DNA of 64,000 bases from Octopus sinensis (taxonomy: Eukaryota), in NCBI RefSeq assembly GCF_006345805.1, contig NC_043010.1:36952001-37016000 (forward strand). The letters are read 5' to 3'. The translations under genes and the position numbers were made by a program. Below the pieces are notes generated by a model. The model was not told where the DNA came from. It made no database searches and was given only the letters and a program-made list of their open reading frames with translations. Positions 47,386-60,917 of the stretch are shown here, piece by piece; position 1 is the first letter of the stretch, and every line of letters begins with the position of its first letter.

Positions 47386-47606
47386 ATTCTTTTATCCTTT
47401 TACTTGTTTCAGTCATTTGACTGTGGCCATGCTGGAGCACTGCCTTTAGTTGAACAAATCGACCTAGTATATATTCTGTCGGTCAGTTTTTGCTGAACTG
47501 CTAGGTTAGGGGAATGTTAACACACCAACATCAGTTGTCAAGCGATGTTGGGGGGACAAACACAGACACAAACATATACACACACATACATACATACATA
47601 CATACA

Positions 47607-47642
<36 letters not shown>

Positions 47643-47812
47643 TGTATGACGGGCTTCTTTCAGTTTCCGTCTACCAAATCCACTCACAAGGCTTTGGTCA
47701 GCCTGAGGCTATAGTAGAAGACACTTGCCCAAGGTGCCATGCAGTAGGACTGAACTCAGAACCATGTGGTTGTTAAGCAAGCTACTTGCCACACAGCTAC
47801 TTGTACGCCTCT
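47386..47812 (-). mobile_element. SINE family A
   Basis: Full reverse copy with (ATAC)n spacer. Confidence 0.88.
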
Positions 47813-48327
47813 TAGAAATACACAAACAAAATCATTCTGAAATCTACCAGTGACTATGGGACTCCTATGGTAAGGAAGGTGCCATTGTTGATGATTCTTT
47901 CAAAGTGCATTACCGATAATTAACTCCTTTTGTTATCATATTTGTATTGAAATATACCACTTTTGTTTTAATTAATTTTGAAAATAATGAAGAATTTAGT
48001 AAAATTCCACACATAATTAGTCTCTTGTTTATTTCCCATTGAATTCCATCTGAAAAAGGTTAAGGTGTGACTACTGGCATACCTTTCAATGTAAAACTAT
48101 AATTTGCTACTATTTCTGTCTCACCTTGATAATTATATTAGATAGTAGAAGAGTGGTGTCACTATTGAGTTTGTAAAAAACACACTGAGTCATTATAAAC
48201 CCTTTTGATACCAACATGGCTAAGACTATCTTGGGTTCTATGATGCAAACCCTCTGTTTTAAAGAGATCTAAACCAAACCTGTCACAATGTTCCTGCTAT
48301 AGCAGGAATAAATTAAACATCATTTCT

Positions 48328-48557
48328 TAGTTCTTTATTACCCACAAGAGGCTAAACATAGAGGAGACAAACAAGGACAGACAAAGGGATTAAGTCAATT
48401 AAATCAACCACAGTACATAACTTGTACTTAATTTATTGACCCCGAAAGGATGAAAGGCAAAGTCAACCTTGGCGGAATTTGAACTCAGAACGTAACGGCA
48501 GACGAAATACTAAGTATTTTGCCTGGTGTGCTAATGATTCTGCTAGCTCGCTGCCTT
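48328..48557 (-). mobile_element. SINE family B, full length with TSD
   Basis: AATAAATTAAACATC(A/G)TTTCT at 48307 and 48558. Confidence 0.9.
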
Positions 48558-49797
48558 AATAAATTAAACATCGTTTCTGTCAGATTCTTGGTAGAATGGT
48601 AATGAACAACATACATAGAAAATACAACTGATTTTTTCCATTAGTTTGTCTGCAATGATTATTCTTGAGCTGTATATATAACTATTTACATTTTTGCTCA
48701 GGAACCCAGCTGGAGGGTAAAGTTAGACATGGAGGCCCAGGTCTGATAGGGTTAAAACCCTCTGTAAAATTTTCGTATTAATTTATGTGTCAAACACCAA
48801 CTTAATATTGACAAAGTTGTTTTATTAATTCTTTGTTATTTTCAATATTAATTGAAAAAAAAAGGCAATTTATTTCAACAGAAATCATCATCATTTAGTG
48901 TTCTTATTCCATGCTAGCATAGGCTGGATGGTTTGGCAGAATCCAATAAAATGCCAGACTTTTGAGTTCCAGTCTCTGTTGGTCTTCTCAATTCCAACTA
49001 CCTTACAGAATGCGCTGGGTTCTTTGTTTGTGACACCAGCACTAGTGAGGTCAGACAAAGAAAAGGGTCCCTCAACTGAGTGGAGGTTGTAGTAGAGACG
49101 TGGGGGTGCATTATGCCAGGTATTGAGAGGCTAAAGTATAACAGAGGGACAAGGACAGGCACAGGTATCTTGCTGAGGGTTAAGCTGATGTTTGGAACAT
49201 AAATTACATGAAATTTTGATGGAAGGTTTTAAATTAGATTGCTTTAAATCAGGAAGTTTGTACAGGGAACAGTGAGAGGGGGATCTCAGGCAGGTTGGCA
49301 TCAAAAGGGTTTATGATTCATTCCAGTACTTGGGGGATCTGGTATTTCTGTACCCCTTCCTATAACTAAAGATTTCGCAAAGCCAGCCTACCTCTTGTCA
49401 ACATAACCAAAACTGTTACTGAGTATGAGGGAATGAAATGCTTGCCACACTCCCTCACATAATTAGGAAATTATTTGCTTGTTTATTTCCTATTGACATT
49501 CCATCTGAGAAAGGTAAGGAGGGAGTCAGCACACGTCTTTCACTGTAAAACTATAATTTGCTAGTATTTCTTTCTTAGCTTGATAATTATATAAGACAGC
49601 AATATGGCAGATGAGTATTGTCACTACTGAGTTGGTTTAGGAAGACACCAAGTCACAGGTTTTTGTTTCCTTGTTTCTGTTTACTTATTTATTATTCAAT
49701 AAAGTATCTATTCATGTTTAATATTTTCTGGCAGGTTTGAATGTGAATATCTGATTGCTGCTGTTTTCCATCAATGGAGAACGCCTCCTCCCTTTAG

Positions 49798-49833
49798 GTG
49801 ATGTCTGCTCATAATACACCTGATTCACCAAAT
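49798..49833 (+). CDS. candidate 36-nt micro-exon
   Basis: CCTCCTCCCTTTAG|GTGATG...AAT|GTAAGG; phase-0 VMSAHNTPDSPN. Confidence 0.2.
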
Positions 49834-50409
49834 GTAAGGCGACTTTCATTGAACCAAAGCAAACAGTAATCACATATTCATTTTTGAATTTGCCAGAACA
49901 TATTAAGAATGAATAAATAGATGTGTCGTTGATTGTATTCAGTGTGTGCACCCCATGAATTATTATCTGTTTGGCAGACATTCGCATGCATCAGCAAATA
50001 ATTTGTTGGCTAATTCCTATAAGCAAGAGCTTGTGCTCTACTAAACAAGAACAATGAGCCAATCCATTGCAATGAGATACTGTCTTGGATAAGCAGTGTG
50101 TGTTCATTTACAATCAATGGTTTATCTATTAGGTAGTAGAACCCAGACTTTTTCTGAAGCAATATACTGTTTTAAGGTATATGACCTTATGAGACCATCT
50201 TTTTAGGCAAGCTCTTTTTTTTTAAACATTGCTTACCAATAACCTAAACTCCAGCACTGTTGGGTTTACAAGATGCAGGGTGATTTTCTGGGTCATTTGT
50301 CATTTTTTTAAAGTGCATCCTATCAGTAAATAGCTTCCATCCAAATGTCCTCTTATTCCACAGGCTATTTTATATTTGTTTAATCCCAGCTTCACCCTGA
50401 TTAACTCTC

Positions 50410-50628
50410 TAGCGACCAAATTACTCTGACAAATGTAAATCTTATTTATTCATCTTATTTTAAATTAATCATGCATCATCTCATAGATTTGAGATTTTGA
50501 TGATGCTATTGTCTATATTTAGACTGACATTGTAGGGTAGGTATGAGGGACTACATCTGGCCAGTTTGAACATAAAACAGGACATATATTTGGGCCAGAT
50601 GTGGCCAGTTTAAATACTAAAGGATTAA
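50410..50628 (-). mobile_element. piggyBac-type MITE (P1), reversed and degraded
   Basis: P1 body in reverse, ending CTAAAGGATTAA. Confidence 0.7.
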
Positions 50629-51334
50629 AGATTTATGCTCAGACAATCCTGCTGTGGCTATCCCATTGTTATGAAGTGGGGGCTAACTAGCATTACATTA
50701 TTTAATGTATTCTTACCTTAAGATGTTGCATAGTCATTTTAGGGAGATTTGGCTGTTATTTCTTGCACATCAAGTAATTACTTTGAGACTGTCTTGTTGG
50801 CTCATGTGATTTGACTTGGCTATGCTAAGGTGATTGTCCTAAAATCTGAATAAGTGGTTTAGCTTGCTTGTGCTAAATTTGTTGTTCTAAAGTGTGAATA
50901 CCTCAGTGTACCATGAGACAAAGTGAATGCTATAAATTCCAGACTGGATCCAACTCTTGGTGATGAAATGAAGAGAATGTGGAATGGTTAGTTGAAGAGT
51001 GAATATTGGAAAAATTAGTTGAGAAGGCATGTGGTGGTAAGCAATCAGTGTATCAAGTGTCCAGAGGGATGAAATGAAAAAGATAAAAATGGAGGAGCAA
51101 CATGAGAAACAGCCTGTCAGTGTGGTTCGAGGTAGATAGGTCAAAAAGCTGGAGTGGAAAAAGAAAAAGTACATGGAGCATATGAAGACAATATGTCAGT
51201 GTGGTAGGGACACAAGTCAGAGTTATGTAGGAAAGAAAAGGATCAAGTAGGACTTGTGTTCTTAATCTGGGTAATGTGGTAGAGTGGTAAAAACCAGTGA
51301 CAAGTTGAACAAAATTAGAGGAGTCTGAAGAATT

Positions 51335-51850
51335 TGTATCATCGTCATCCTCTAATGTCTGTTTTCCATGCTGGCATGGGTTGCACAGTTTGACAGGAGC
51401 TGGCCTGTTGAAGAGCTGCCTGGGTGCCATGTCTGTTTTTGCATGGTTTCTATGGCTGGATGCCCTTCATAACACCAGCATTTTACAGAGTGTACCGGGT
51501 GTCTTTATGCAGCACCAGCACTGGTGCTTTTGTTTGGCACTGGCAAAGCTGCTTTTTATGTGGCACCAGCTTCCACAAGTCCACAAGATTAGGATTGCTC
51601 AGCTGAAGAGGAATCTAAGGGACATGCCTGTATGCAAGGACAACCACGATTTTAGTTAATGTGACATGTCTTCTCAAGCACAGCAAACCTCGGTCCCTTG
51701 TCACCCCCTCTGTGAGACCCAACATCTGAAAATCCTTCTCACCACTTAGTCCCATGTCTTCCTGGATCTAGTCCTTCCATGTATTTCCTCCACAAATGGA
51801 GATTGGCACATCATGATGCAGCTGTCCTCATCCGTATGCAATGTGTATGC
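51335..51850 (-). mobile_element. RTE-LINE 3' end (ORF terminus plus complete 3'UTR)
   Basis: - strand DEDSCIMMCQSPFVEEIHGRTRSRKTWD*VVR..GLTEG.TRDR, then the AGGGCATCCAGCCATAGAAAC...(GAT)n tail; links this tail family to RTE. Confidence 0.8.
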
Positions 51851-52851
51851 AGTGTGTATAATGGTACACACATACACAATATGGAAACCAACAAAGGGAT
51901 CTTTTTATATTTTTGTTGTCTCCTGCTAGAAAAGGCAGCCAAATCATCCTATTATGTATGTACATGGGTATAAAATAGAAAGAAAAATTGTTGGTTACAA
52001 TGGAAATATCTGCTTCAGTAAACTCTATCCAACTCATGCAAGCATAGGAAAGTGCATGTTAAAATGATGATCACACACACATACACATGCTCATATAATC
52101 AAATTTTTATTCAAGTACAAAAATACTGTCACTAATACTTAGACCATATTGGTTTATCAGGAATAGAATATTCAATCATTCTATCTTATTATTGAAAGGT
52201 GAACTGGAAAATTGAGAGCTAAATGTTTTAGGCTAACTCTGATAATACAATCTGAACTGTCCCTCAGATAGTTCATCAATATCTTATTCGTTCAACAATA
52301 GCACTAGATGTGTTCTGCATAATAAACATACATACTTTAGGGTTTCATGTGCATAATGATTATCTGAGATTCTCTGTCTAATTATTCAACAAAAAATTCA
52401 GTTCAAGATTTTACAAAATTTAAAAGTAAGGGAGATAACTCCAGAAAAATCAGCTAACTGAAATTTGGTGGAAAATAAAGTTTATGCTATTGGGAATGGG
52501 ATCTTGTTTTTGAAAGCAATGAATGTGTTTCTGTCTGATTAGACCTTGTCTGCAAAGAATACACTTCCCACTTGGTAACACTTTAGAAAGGTTTAGTAAA
52601 TACAAAAGCAGAATTCTAATGCCACTGATACATTTTATCAAGCGACTATTTAGGTTGCAGAACCCTCCCTCAAATTCTCCTAATCTACATTATCCAATAT
52701 ATTTTCATTCAACAGACTGTAGTAAGTATGTGCATAGGGGGTGGGAGTGGGATAGGGTTAAAGTGATTTGGTTTCTATTTTTAGCAAGTCATCACATAAG
52801 GACTTACCCCTTTGTTGGCTCAACCACTTGTTTTATTTTGTATCTTTTATG

Positions 52852-52879
<28 letters not shown>

Positions 52880-52883
<4 letters not shown>

Positions 52884-53017
52884 GGCGTTAGGAAGGGCAT
52901 CCAGCTGTAGAAACACTGCCAGATCTGACTGGCCTGGTGCAGCCTTCGGGCTCCCCAGACCCCAGTTGAACCGTCCAATCCATGCTAGCATGGAAAGCGG
53001 ACATTAAATGATGATGA
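52880..53017 (+). mobile_element. RTE tail fragment
   Basis: GGCGTTAGGAAGGGCATCCAGCTGTAGAAAC...GGACATTAAATGATGATG. Confidence 0.85.
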
Positions 53018-53035
53018 TATATATATATTATATAT

Positions 53036-53069
<34 letters not shown>

Positions 53070-53975
53070 ATATATTAGACATATATACAGAGTATATACA
53101 AAGTGTATATATATATATATATATATAGGACATATATACAGAATATATACAAAGTGTGTGTATATATATATATATATATATTACACACACACACACACTT
53201 TGTATATACTCTGTATATATGTCTAATACAGGAAACGCTCTAAAAGAAAATCTAATTAAACTCAAGTCAGACAGCCACCAGGGTAATAAATATATAAAAA
53301 ATAAAGGAAGGAGGAATAGTTACAAGTTCAAAGTGTGTGTGTGTGTGTTGGTTTGTCTGTGTGTGTAGTGTTTAATAAATGTTTTGTCAATGTTTGCTGA
53401 TGTATTTAATTATAAAATGATTTGGAACATTCTCCCCTGCCTACCATAACCTTTGTCTGTAAAAATCTACTCAGAAATCATATTTTCACTGCAACATATA
53501 TAATACATCAGCTGAGTCTTTCATTTATAAGACCTTATTAATGTTGTTGTAGTTGTTGTAATTATTGCTTGAAAGCTTAAATTTTTTTAATTAACGAATA
53601 TTAGTAGTAGTGGTGTGATGGTGACAACTTTCATTGTGTTGGTGGGAGCAAGTATTTTAAAGTCTTTTAAATGTACAAGTCTCAAACATGTAATATTTTG
53701 TGAGATGGAGAAACTTTCATGAACTAAAGTTATCCTTGCACTGAGTAGACAAAAACTCCCTTTAGGAGCGTTTAAAACCCATAAGCAATGAACAAGGAAG
53801 ATAACTCGAAGAAGGCAAGTAGAAGAAAGTGTTTGGAAAATATAGACTGTCTAGATGGGTGAGGATGTGGTCTATAGAGCTAACTGATGAAAGTAAGGGA
53901 TGTTTCAGTCTTATTAGACCACTTCAGTAAAATATGCTGTGCTGGATTGGCAAGGCTGAGAATGTTGTGTGTGTT

Positions 53976-54026
<51 letters not shown>

Positions 54027-54030
54027 TCTT

Positions 54031-54821
54031 GGATCATTGGTTTTTGTTACTGCGTGTTAAAATCTTTGAAAAGAATTTTTAATGTATCATATAGATGTAA
54101 TTTTTGACACTGAATCCAAATTTGTTATTCATTTATTCCAGAAAAATTTTGCGAAAATGTTACAGGTGTTCAAAGTTTAATAATTTTCAGAATTTTCAAC
54201 TAACCAGAAGACAGCACATTTGCTGCCACTTCCATCATCTGTCACAGTAGCGAGAAAGTGGGGGGAACCAGCATGTCAAAACATTAAACTAGCTACAGTA
54301 AACAATGAAAGACATTAAGAGGTTCGCGAGCAAAGCTACGAGCAAACCAACAGGAGTTACTAGAAATAACAGTCAAAACATTAAAATATACATGAGCAAA
54401 GTTAACATTGAAAAAACTAAAACATTCGCAAGCAAATTAAATATTTAAAAGCTACAAGCAAACTGACAGGAGTTGCTAGAAATAACAGTCAAAACGTGGT
54501 GGCCACAATCCTTGTGTGCATGTGCAGTAACTTCAATTACTTTGGAAAGAGAGTTCTTCACAGTCAGTTGTGGAACACGTGGTACTTCTTTGCTTTGGTT
54601 ACTATGGAAAGAGAAAGAGTTCTTTGCCACAGTGATGTGTAAAATATTTGTTTCTGATTAGCTAAAATACCCAAATTTTAAAGGCAAATAACTTTTTAAT
54701 TATGAGTTTATAGGGAAAATGAATTTCATTTTCATGATTAGTATACAAAACTTAATCTATATACCAAATTTGAAAAAAATTGGAACAAAATTGTAAACAG
54801 TGACAAAAACCACAAAGATCC
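54031..54821. mobile_element. Merlin-like non-autonomous DNA transposon
   Basis: GG...CC ends; TIR GGATC..TGGTTTTTGT(T/C)ACTG; perfect 8-bp TSD ATATTCTT at 54023-54030 and 54822-54829; internal ~45-bp direct repeat at 54336 and 54451. Confidence 0.65.
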
Positions 54822-54959
54822 ATATTCTTTTACTCTTTTATTTGTTTCTTTCATTAAACTGTCGCCATGCTGGGGCCTTGAATAATTTTAGTTGAATGAA
54901 TCTTCCTCAGTACTTATTCTGTCGGTCTCTTTTACTAATCTGTAAGTTATGGGGATGTA

Positions 54960-55083
<124 letters not shown>

Positions 55084-56159
55084 AAAGAACAAACACAAAA
55101 AAACAAAATAGAGGACATGGTACATGTAAATTATAAGCAGACGCTCAGGCTAGTTCTTCTTCAGAAACAGAGGAAAGTCCAATAGAAAAGGAAGATGGAG
55201 GGAAAAACAAACACCAATGATTCACATGTGGTTACATGTATGTATATATATATACACATACACATATGATGGGCTTCTTTGAGTTTGCCTCCCAATTTCG
55301 CTTACAGCCCAAGAGGCTAAAGTAGCAGACACTTACCCAAGTTGCCACACATGGAAACAGAACCAGGAATCATCTGGTTGGGAAGCAATCTCTTACCACA
55401 CCCCCATGCCTATGTATGTGTATATGCATATACATACGACAAAAATCAAATACTGAGATTATATTATGAAATTATTCATAACATCTTTACATGTATTTTG
55501 ATGACCATCACAAGAACCAATTATGGAAAGATTTCTTTACATAATCCTTTGGATTCATTCACATCATCAGAAGTTGCTATATTTATAGTAATTGAAACCA
55601 AAAAAATGACCATTACATAATTTCTGTTGATCACTACACACATACAAAGATGCTTTGAACAATAATGACTCATAACAAGAAATTCCATGGAAAAAAGCAT
55701 GAATGCTCTTTAGAGGGTCCTTCATAACAATTATAAGGGAGTACATAAAGTTGTAAGGTGTTGGATATTCTCCGAGCTAAATTTTTAATCACCTGATGAA
55801 AATTTTTTTTATTATATAATCATTGTAATCAAGCTATTATTCATCAATAAAAAAAAATGTGTCTGAAACAGCTGTTGTGAACCATTAAGCCATTTGTGTT
55901 CATATGATGTATATACACAGCTGGCCAAAAGCCACATTACGGTATGTCAAAACCATTCATTCAGTTCCAAGATTAAAGCAAAAAAATTATTTTATGAGAC
56001 TTCACTAATAAATGTTGAAAAAAAAATGATTTTAACTCTCAGCATTCAATTATTAAACATTCATAATTGGAATGAAGAAATAAAACTGAATATTTAGTAT
56101 TTATGGAATTTTGATATACTGTCAGGTGACTTTTGGCCAATCCTATATATATATATATA

Positions 56160-56262
56160 TTGCTCTTTTCGAACAAGAATTGGTCTTATCAGTCACCTGC
56201 GGACTCACCAATAAATTTGCGCGAAGACCATCATCCTCGACCTTGAGGGATTGCCATAGTAG
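56160..56262 (+). mobile_element. RTE-type LINE extreme 3' end
   Basis: CSFRTRIGLISHLRTHQ* (C-terminal zinc-finger remnant typical of some RTEs), then short UTR ending GGGATTGCCATAGTAG. Confidence 0.65.
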
Positions 56263-56786
56263 TATATATATATATATATATATATATATTTACACACACA
56301 CACCCAATAATGAAGTTCATAAGATAGCTTATTCCTTTGTCATATCATTTTCTTATTACTACTCTATACTCTACTAAGTATATTGAGTTCCATACGAGGT
56401 TATTAGTTTCACAATGCCGAAGCAAAATGTGTGTGTGTGTGTGTGTATACAGGACATCACAAAACATAAACATGAAATACGAAAACAAATTTGGGTGTGC
56501 AAACAATAAGAGAAACATGGAAAACAAGACAAGTAACATGAAGAACGACCCTTCATCAGTTGTCGGCTGTCCATCTACCCCTCATTTCGAATATATGCAC
56601 ATATACACTTACATACATGCATGGAGAGAAAGAAAGGGTGTAATTGTGGTGCAGATTAAGAGGCTAAGGGAGAAATACTTTAGTCAAGTGATTTCTGCTT
56701 TCTGATACAAATGTAGTTGGGTCCCTCTCATTCAAAGATGTAAACAGCAAGTTGAAAATTAACTGAGATAATCCATGATAATCCGG

Positions 56787-56950
56787 ATTCGTTAGCATGC
56801 CGGGCGAAATGCTTTATTTCATCTGTCCTTACGTTCTGAGTTCAAATTCCGCTGAGGTTGACTTTGCCTTTCATCCTGTAATCGACTTAATCCCTTTGTC
56901 TGTCCTTGTTTGTCCCCTCTGTGTTTAGCCCCTTGTGGGTAATAAAGAAA
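56787..56950 (+). mobile_element. SINE family B with internal deletion
   Basis: TCGTTAGCATGCCGGGCGAAATGC...GTTCAAATTCCGC...GACTTTGCCTTTCATCC...GCCCCTTGTGGGTAATAAAGAA. Confidence 0.85.
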
Positions 56951-58394
56951 CATATTAATCTATTCAGATTCCTCTTCTTCTTTTTTTGCCTTCTCTATCT
57001 ACTATATTCGGTCTGGTGGCTACCACCACTCACTAATTGCCACAAACCTTTCTTTCTCTCATGCCTGTTCTTGTTAAGTCCCTCCACCACAATCGTCATC
57101 ATCAGGGGCTTCAGTAACACCCTTCTCTCCTTCCCTATTACTACCACAACCACATCAACAACAACAACAACAACAGTATTTATTTAAACACACTTCAATA
57201 GTTAGTAAGAATTCCTCTAATCTATTTCTAACCAAGAAAAAACAAACTTTATCACTTTGCATTCTCCCTTTGCTGTAGGGACAAAATACCTTGGTAGTGG
57301 TAGTGGTGGATAGTGGTGCAGGTTCTCTGACTTTAAAAAAAGCATGACCTACTTTCTCTTATTTAAAAGCCTATTTCACTTCACTTCTGCTGGGTTATGA
57401 AGTCTAGATGCAGTGGTTCCTTAAGCTGACAAATGCCAGTCCCCACCCCCACGCCTGATCATCCCTTCCTCCTGGAAAAAGTATTAGTGAAAATGTTTTG
57501 CTTTCTTCTTTAGACAAAGAAGATTTTGCATCCATATAATACTTCTGTTTTGTTTGGGGGGTCTTTTTCTTTTCTTTTTTTTTTGTCCTTCTGTCAGACA
57601 AGTTTAGACATTTAACCCTTTGACTACATAAATAAATTTCATGGTCATTCTTGTAATGGTATTAATTAACCACCAAAAAAAAAAAAAACTAACAAAAAAA
57701 ATGGATTTGATATTTTCTGCTTCCCCAACACTTTGTCAGTATTTCTTGTAGGTATGGTTTCCATATCTACCACTAAAGTATTTGATCCTTGCTCTGTAAA
57801 GAGATATTGGATGAAAATCTGAAAAATTGTCTTTTGTGTAAAAGTGTCACTGAGAATAAATGTTTTTTTTTTGTGTGTTTTGGGGGTTTTTTTTTCTTCT
57901 TCTTAAACCATAGAGTAAAACCTATTTCTACAGTTAACAGTAATAAAATTTTGAGTGAATATATGTGCTTTCAGCATTCAAAGGGTTAAAGCCATCTTAA
58001 TTTAGTTCAATGCACCAATTTGTCTGTCCTGCTGTTCAGCCTTCACATCTTCCCACTCAGTCACCATGGAAACCACTGGTTTAGGTAAACCTATTATTTA
58101 TGATATTGCCATGTTGTTTAGTCCTTGGATGGAGTAGTCCTTTGATCAATAAACTGCAAGCCATAACCAACCACCCTTGTATATTCTTTTCAAGATAGGA
58201 TGTGATTTGAGGAGGATTTGGTTCTTGTTTCCAACAGATTAAACAGCTACACAGAAGGTCGTCCTTTTGTTTTGTTTTGTCTTTTTCCAATTTCAGACAT
58301 GTCATGTGTGACTTTGCAGTTTGATTTTTGTTCAAGTTTTGAGTGTGAATATCTTTCCTTCTAGTCAGTCAACTGCTTACAGAATGGACTACAT

Positions 58395-58619
58395 CAGAGA
58401 TGGGCAACTTTTCGTCAACTGGGGACCCGCATCATACCATTTGCAAGTGGGAGAGGGCCGTGTGATAAAACACATATGCATGAAATATTACTTACCCACT
58501 TTACACCGAATTTTTTGCAGTTTTTCTTAATTTTATTCGTCTTAGTGTCAAATTAGTAACCTAGAAACTCTTGAGGGTCGCACAGCAACATGTCTAGGGC
58601 CACAGGTTGCCCATGAATG
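58395..58619. mobile_element. hAT-type MITE
   Basis: CAGAGATGGGCAAC / GTTGCCCATGAATG; 8-bp TSD GACTACAT at 58387-58394 and 58620-58627. Confidence 0.8.
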
Positions 58620-59568
58620 GACTACATGTATTTAACACATGTATATATATGGAAGTGTGTGTATATACAGACACACACACACACACACATGTACTGTGAG
58701 GCAATTTGGCCAACTGTCTTCAATCTCAAATCAACCAGCGTCTTCTGAGAAGATCAAGTAAGCAGAAATTATATTGAACTTAATAAGTATATATATGTAC
58801 ATTTGTAGAAGGTGATGTATATAATGTGTCTATATACATACATGTGTATATGTTTATCAGCATAAAGTAGTGTGTTGAGTTTCGTGTTTTTATTTCGTAA
58901 GTGGAGCATGCTTGTTTGGTATATAGGGATCAATGAAATAAGTATCAGACTAGAGAATGTATTTGAATTGATATAATCAACAAAAAACTCTTGAAGGCAA
59001 CATTCCATCATGGCCATAGTCAAAAGCATGAGACCAGGAAAAAGAAAAGATAAAGGTATAAGATACCATGCATTCTGTACTGTGTTTGCATTCATGCTAA
59101 ACTCTAATTGTTGATAAATCCAAACTGGAAACAAAACAACAAAATCCTTTCTCCCTTTGTATTACCTTTGTGGTGGTGGTGGTGGCGTTGGTGGTAGCTG
59201 CAGTGGACTCTAAAGTAGGCCAAATCTAGGAGTAGCCCAGAGGGTGTTGTATATTTGTGAGTGAAGATGTCTTTCTTTTGGATGCTGTCAAGGATGTTTG
59301 TATGTAACACACATAGAAGTTTGCTGTCTTATACTTTATTATTAGAGGCTTGCTTATTGACACTTATACCCCAAGCGGTTATCCCCTACCCCCACCGCCT
59401 CCAATAGATAAGAGAACTTGAATTTTATGTTTATATTCTTTGGTGAAGTCCTCAAACTCTGTCTGCATATTATCATCATCATGTCTAAATAATAAATCTT
59501 ATTATGCTGTTGGCATGATAGAAAACAAAAAGCAGCATATTTCCTCTACCACCACATATATATATATT

Positions 59569-59606
<38 letters not shown>

Positions 59607-60010
59607 CACAAAAATCTGTTGAAGAACACTAGAAAAATTAGGTTTCAGACACAAATATTAACTGTTAATAAGGTAGTTGGAAGCTGGCAAAGGCTACAAA
59701 AGCTTAGCAGCAGCAACAACAATAGGGAGGGAGAAGTAATTGTTCATCATGGAAGAAGGGAGTAGGCAGGAAGTCTTTATTGTGTGATACACAAAAGGTA
59801 AATGTAGTGAGATTTCATGCAGGCTGACAGTAGGTAGGATTAGGGCTTTATGTCCATGAATAGACTAAAAAACTTCACACCATGAATTTGCCTTGCTTTA
59901 GCTTGGTGAACATAGCAGATACTGTTTCCATTACCTGAATAACATACTTTTCAGGGCTGGGAGTGGGGGTTCAGTGGGATTTTTTAAGGTAAAAGAAATT
60001 TAGAAGCAAA

Positions 60011-60030
60011 CACACACACACACACACACA

Positions 60031-60098
<68 letters not shown>

Positions 60099-60100
60099 CC
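60011..60100. repeat. compound (CA)n(CT)n microsatellite
   Basis: Directly visible. Confidence 0.95.
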
Positions 60101-60537
60101 AGTCTTTCTCTTGCTCCTCTTCTACTCTCTTTCAGATAAAAAAAAAGAAGACTAAATGGTGTATTTATAAGAATTATATAGTAGAACATGAACATTAGAT
60201 GGCAGAGAAATGGATCTAGTGGTAGTCTGTTGGATGTGCAAATGTTACTGTAGCAGAGAGATTGAGCAGGAGCGAATTGAGAAGCTGTGTTCCTGGGTTA
60301 AAATGTTATTGGCCACATACATATATACACACACACTCTCTCTCTCACTCACACACACACTATGCATTTGAGAATTGTGTGTCCTGTGCCTGGATAAATA
60401 GCACCATAATTATCAAGTCTTTATCCACAAGTATTACTTTGTATTTTTATTTATTTATTTTTTACTTACTCAAAGTAGGAAGGTCAATGCTTATGACCTT
60501 TGCCTCTTTTTCCCCTGGGTCTCTGAGACTGTATCAG

Positions 60538-60596
60538 GGTAAAAATGAAGATGAAACTGACTCAGCTCAACACTGCTAACCATTACCTCCCTTCCT
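60538..60596 (+). CDS. candidate exon
   Basis: TATCAG|GGTAAAAATGAAGATG...TCCT|GTAAGT; VKMKMKLTQLNTANHYLPS; consensus donor, moderate acceptor. Confidence 0.2.
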
Positions 60597-60917
60597 GTAA
60601 GTAACCCCTCTGTAAGGCAATGAAGATAGGGGCTACTAGCAAACAGAACATCCACAGGAGGGCAAGATGTTAATCCTGGAGTCCAGAGGACCCCTGTTGT
60701 GTCTTGTAGTTCTCTCCCTACATTCTTATCTATCAACCAATTAAAGCTGCTATCATAACTGTCACTAGTGAAATTTGGCTATATTTGTTTAACCCTGGGT
60801 TAGTTATGATCCAGTAGATCTATGATTGAAAATGTTCCAACCATAACCATCCTGTCCGTCTTTCAGACATTGTGTATCCATGGCATTGAATGTATTTTTA
60901 TTTTCATTTTTTTTTTC

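Noticed and set aside
55105-55235. Penelope-like remnant with reverse CTGAAGA
   Set aside because: The stem II/GAAAC part appears to be deleted, and the remnant is too short to support a ribozyme call.
56380-56600. Repeat with - strand GAAA...CTGATGA
   Set aside because: No pairing stems found; left as an unclassified, possibly Penelope-related repeat.
59150-59210. Signal-peptide-like VVVVVALVVAAVDSK
   Set aside because: Arises from a (GGT)n repeat; no start codon or acceptor.
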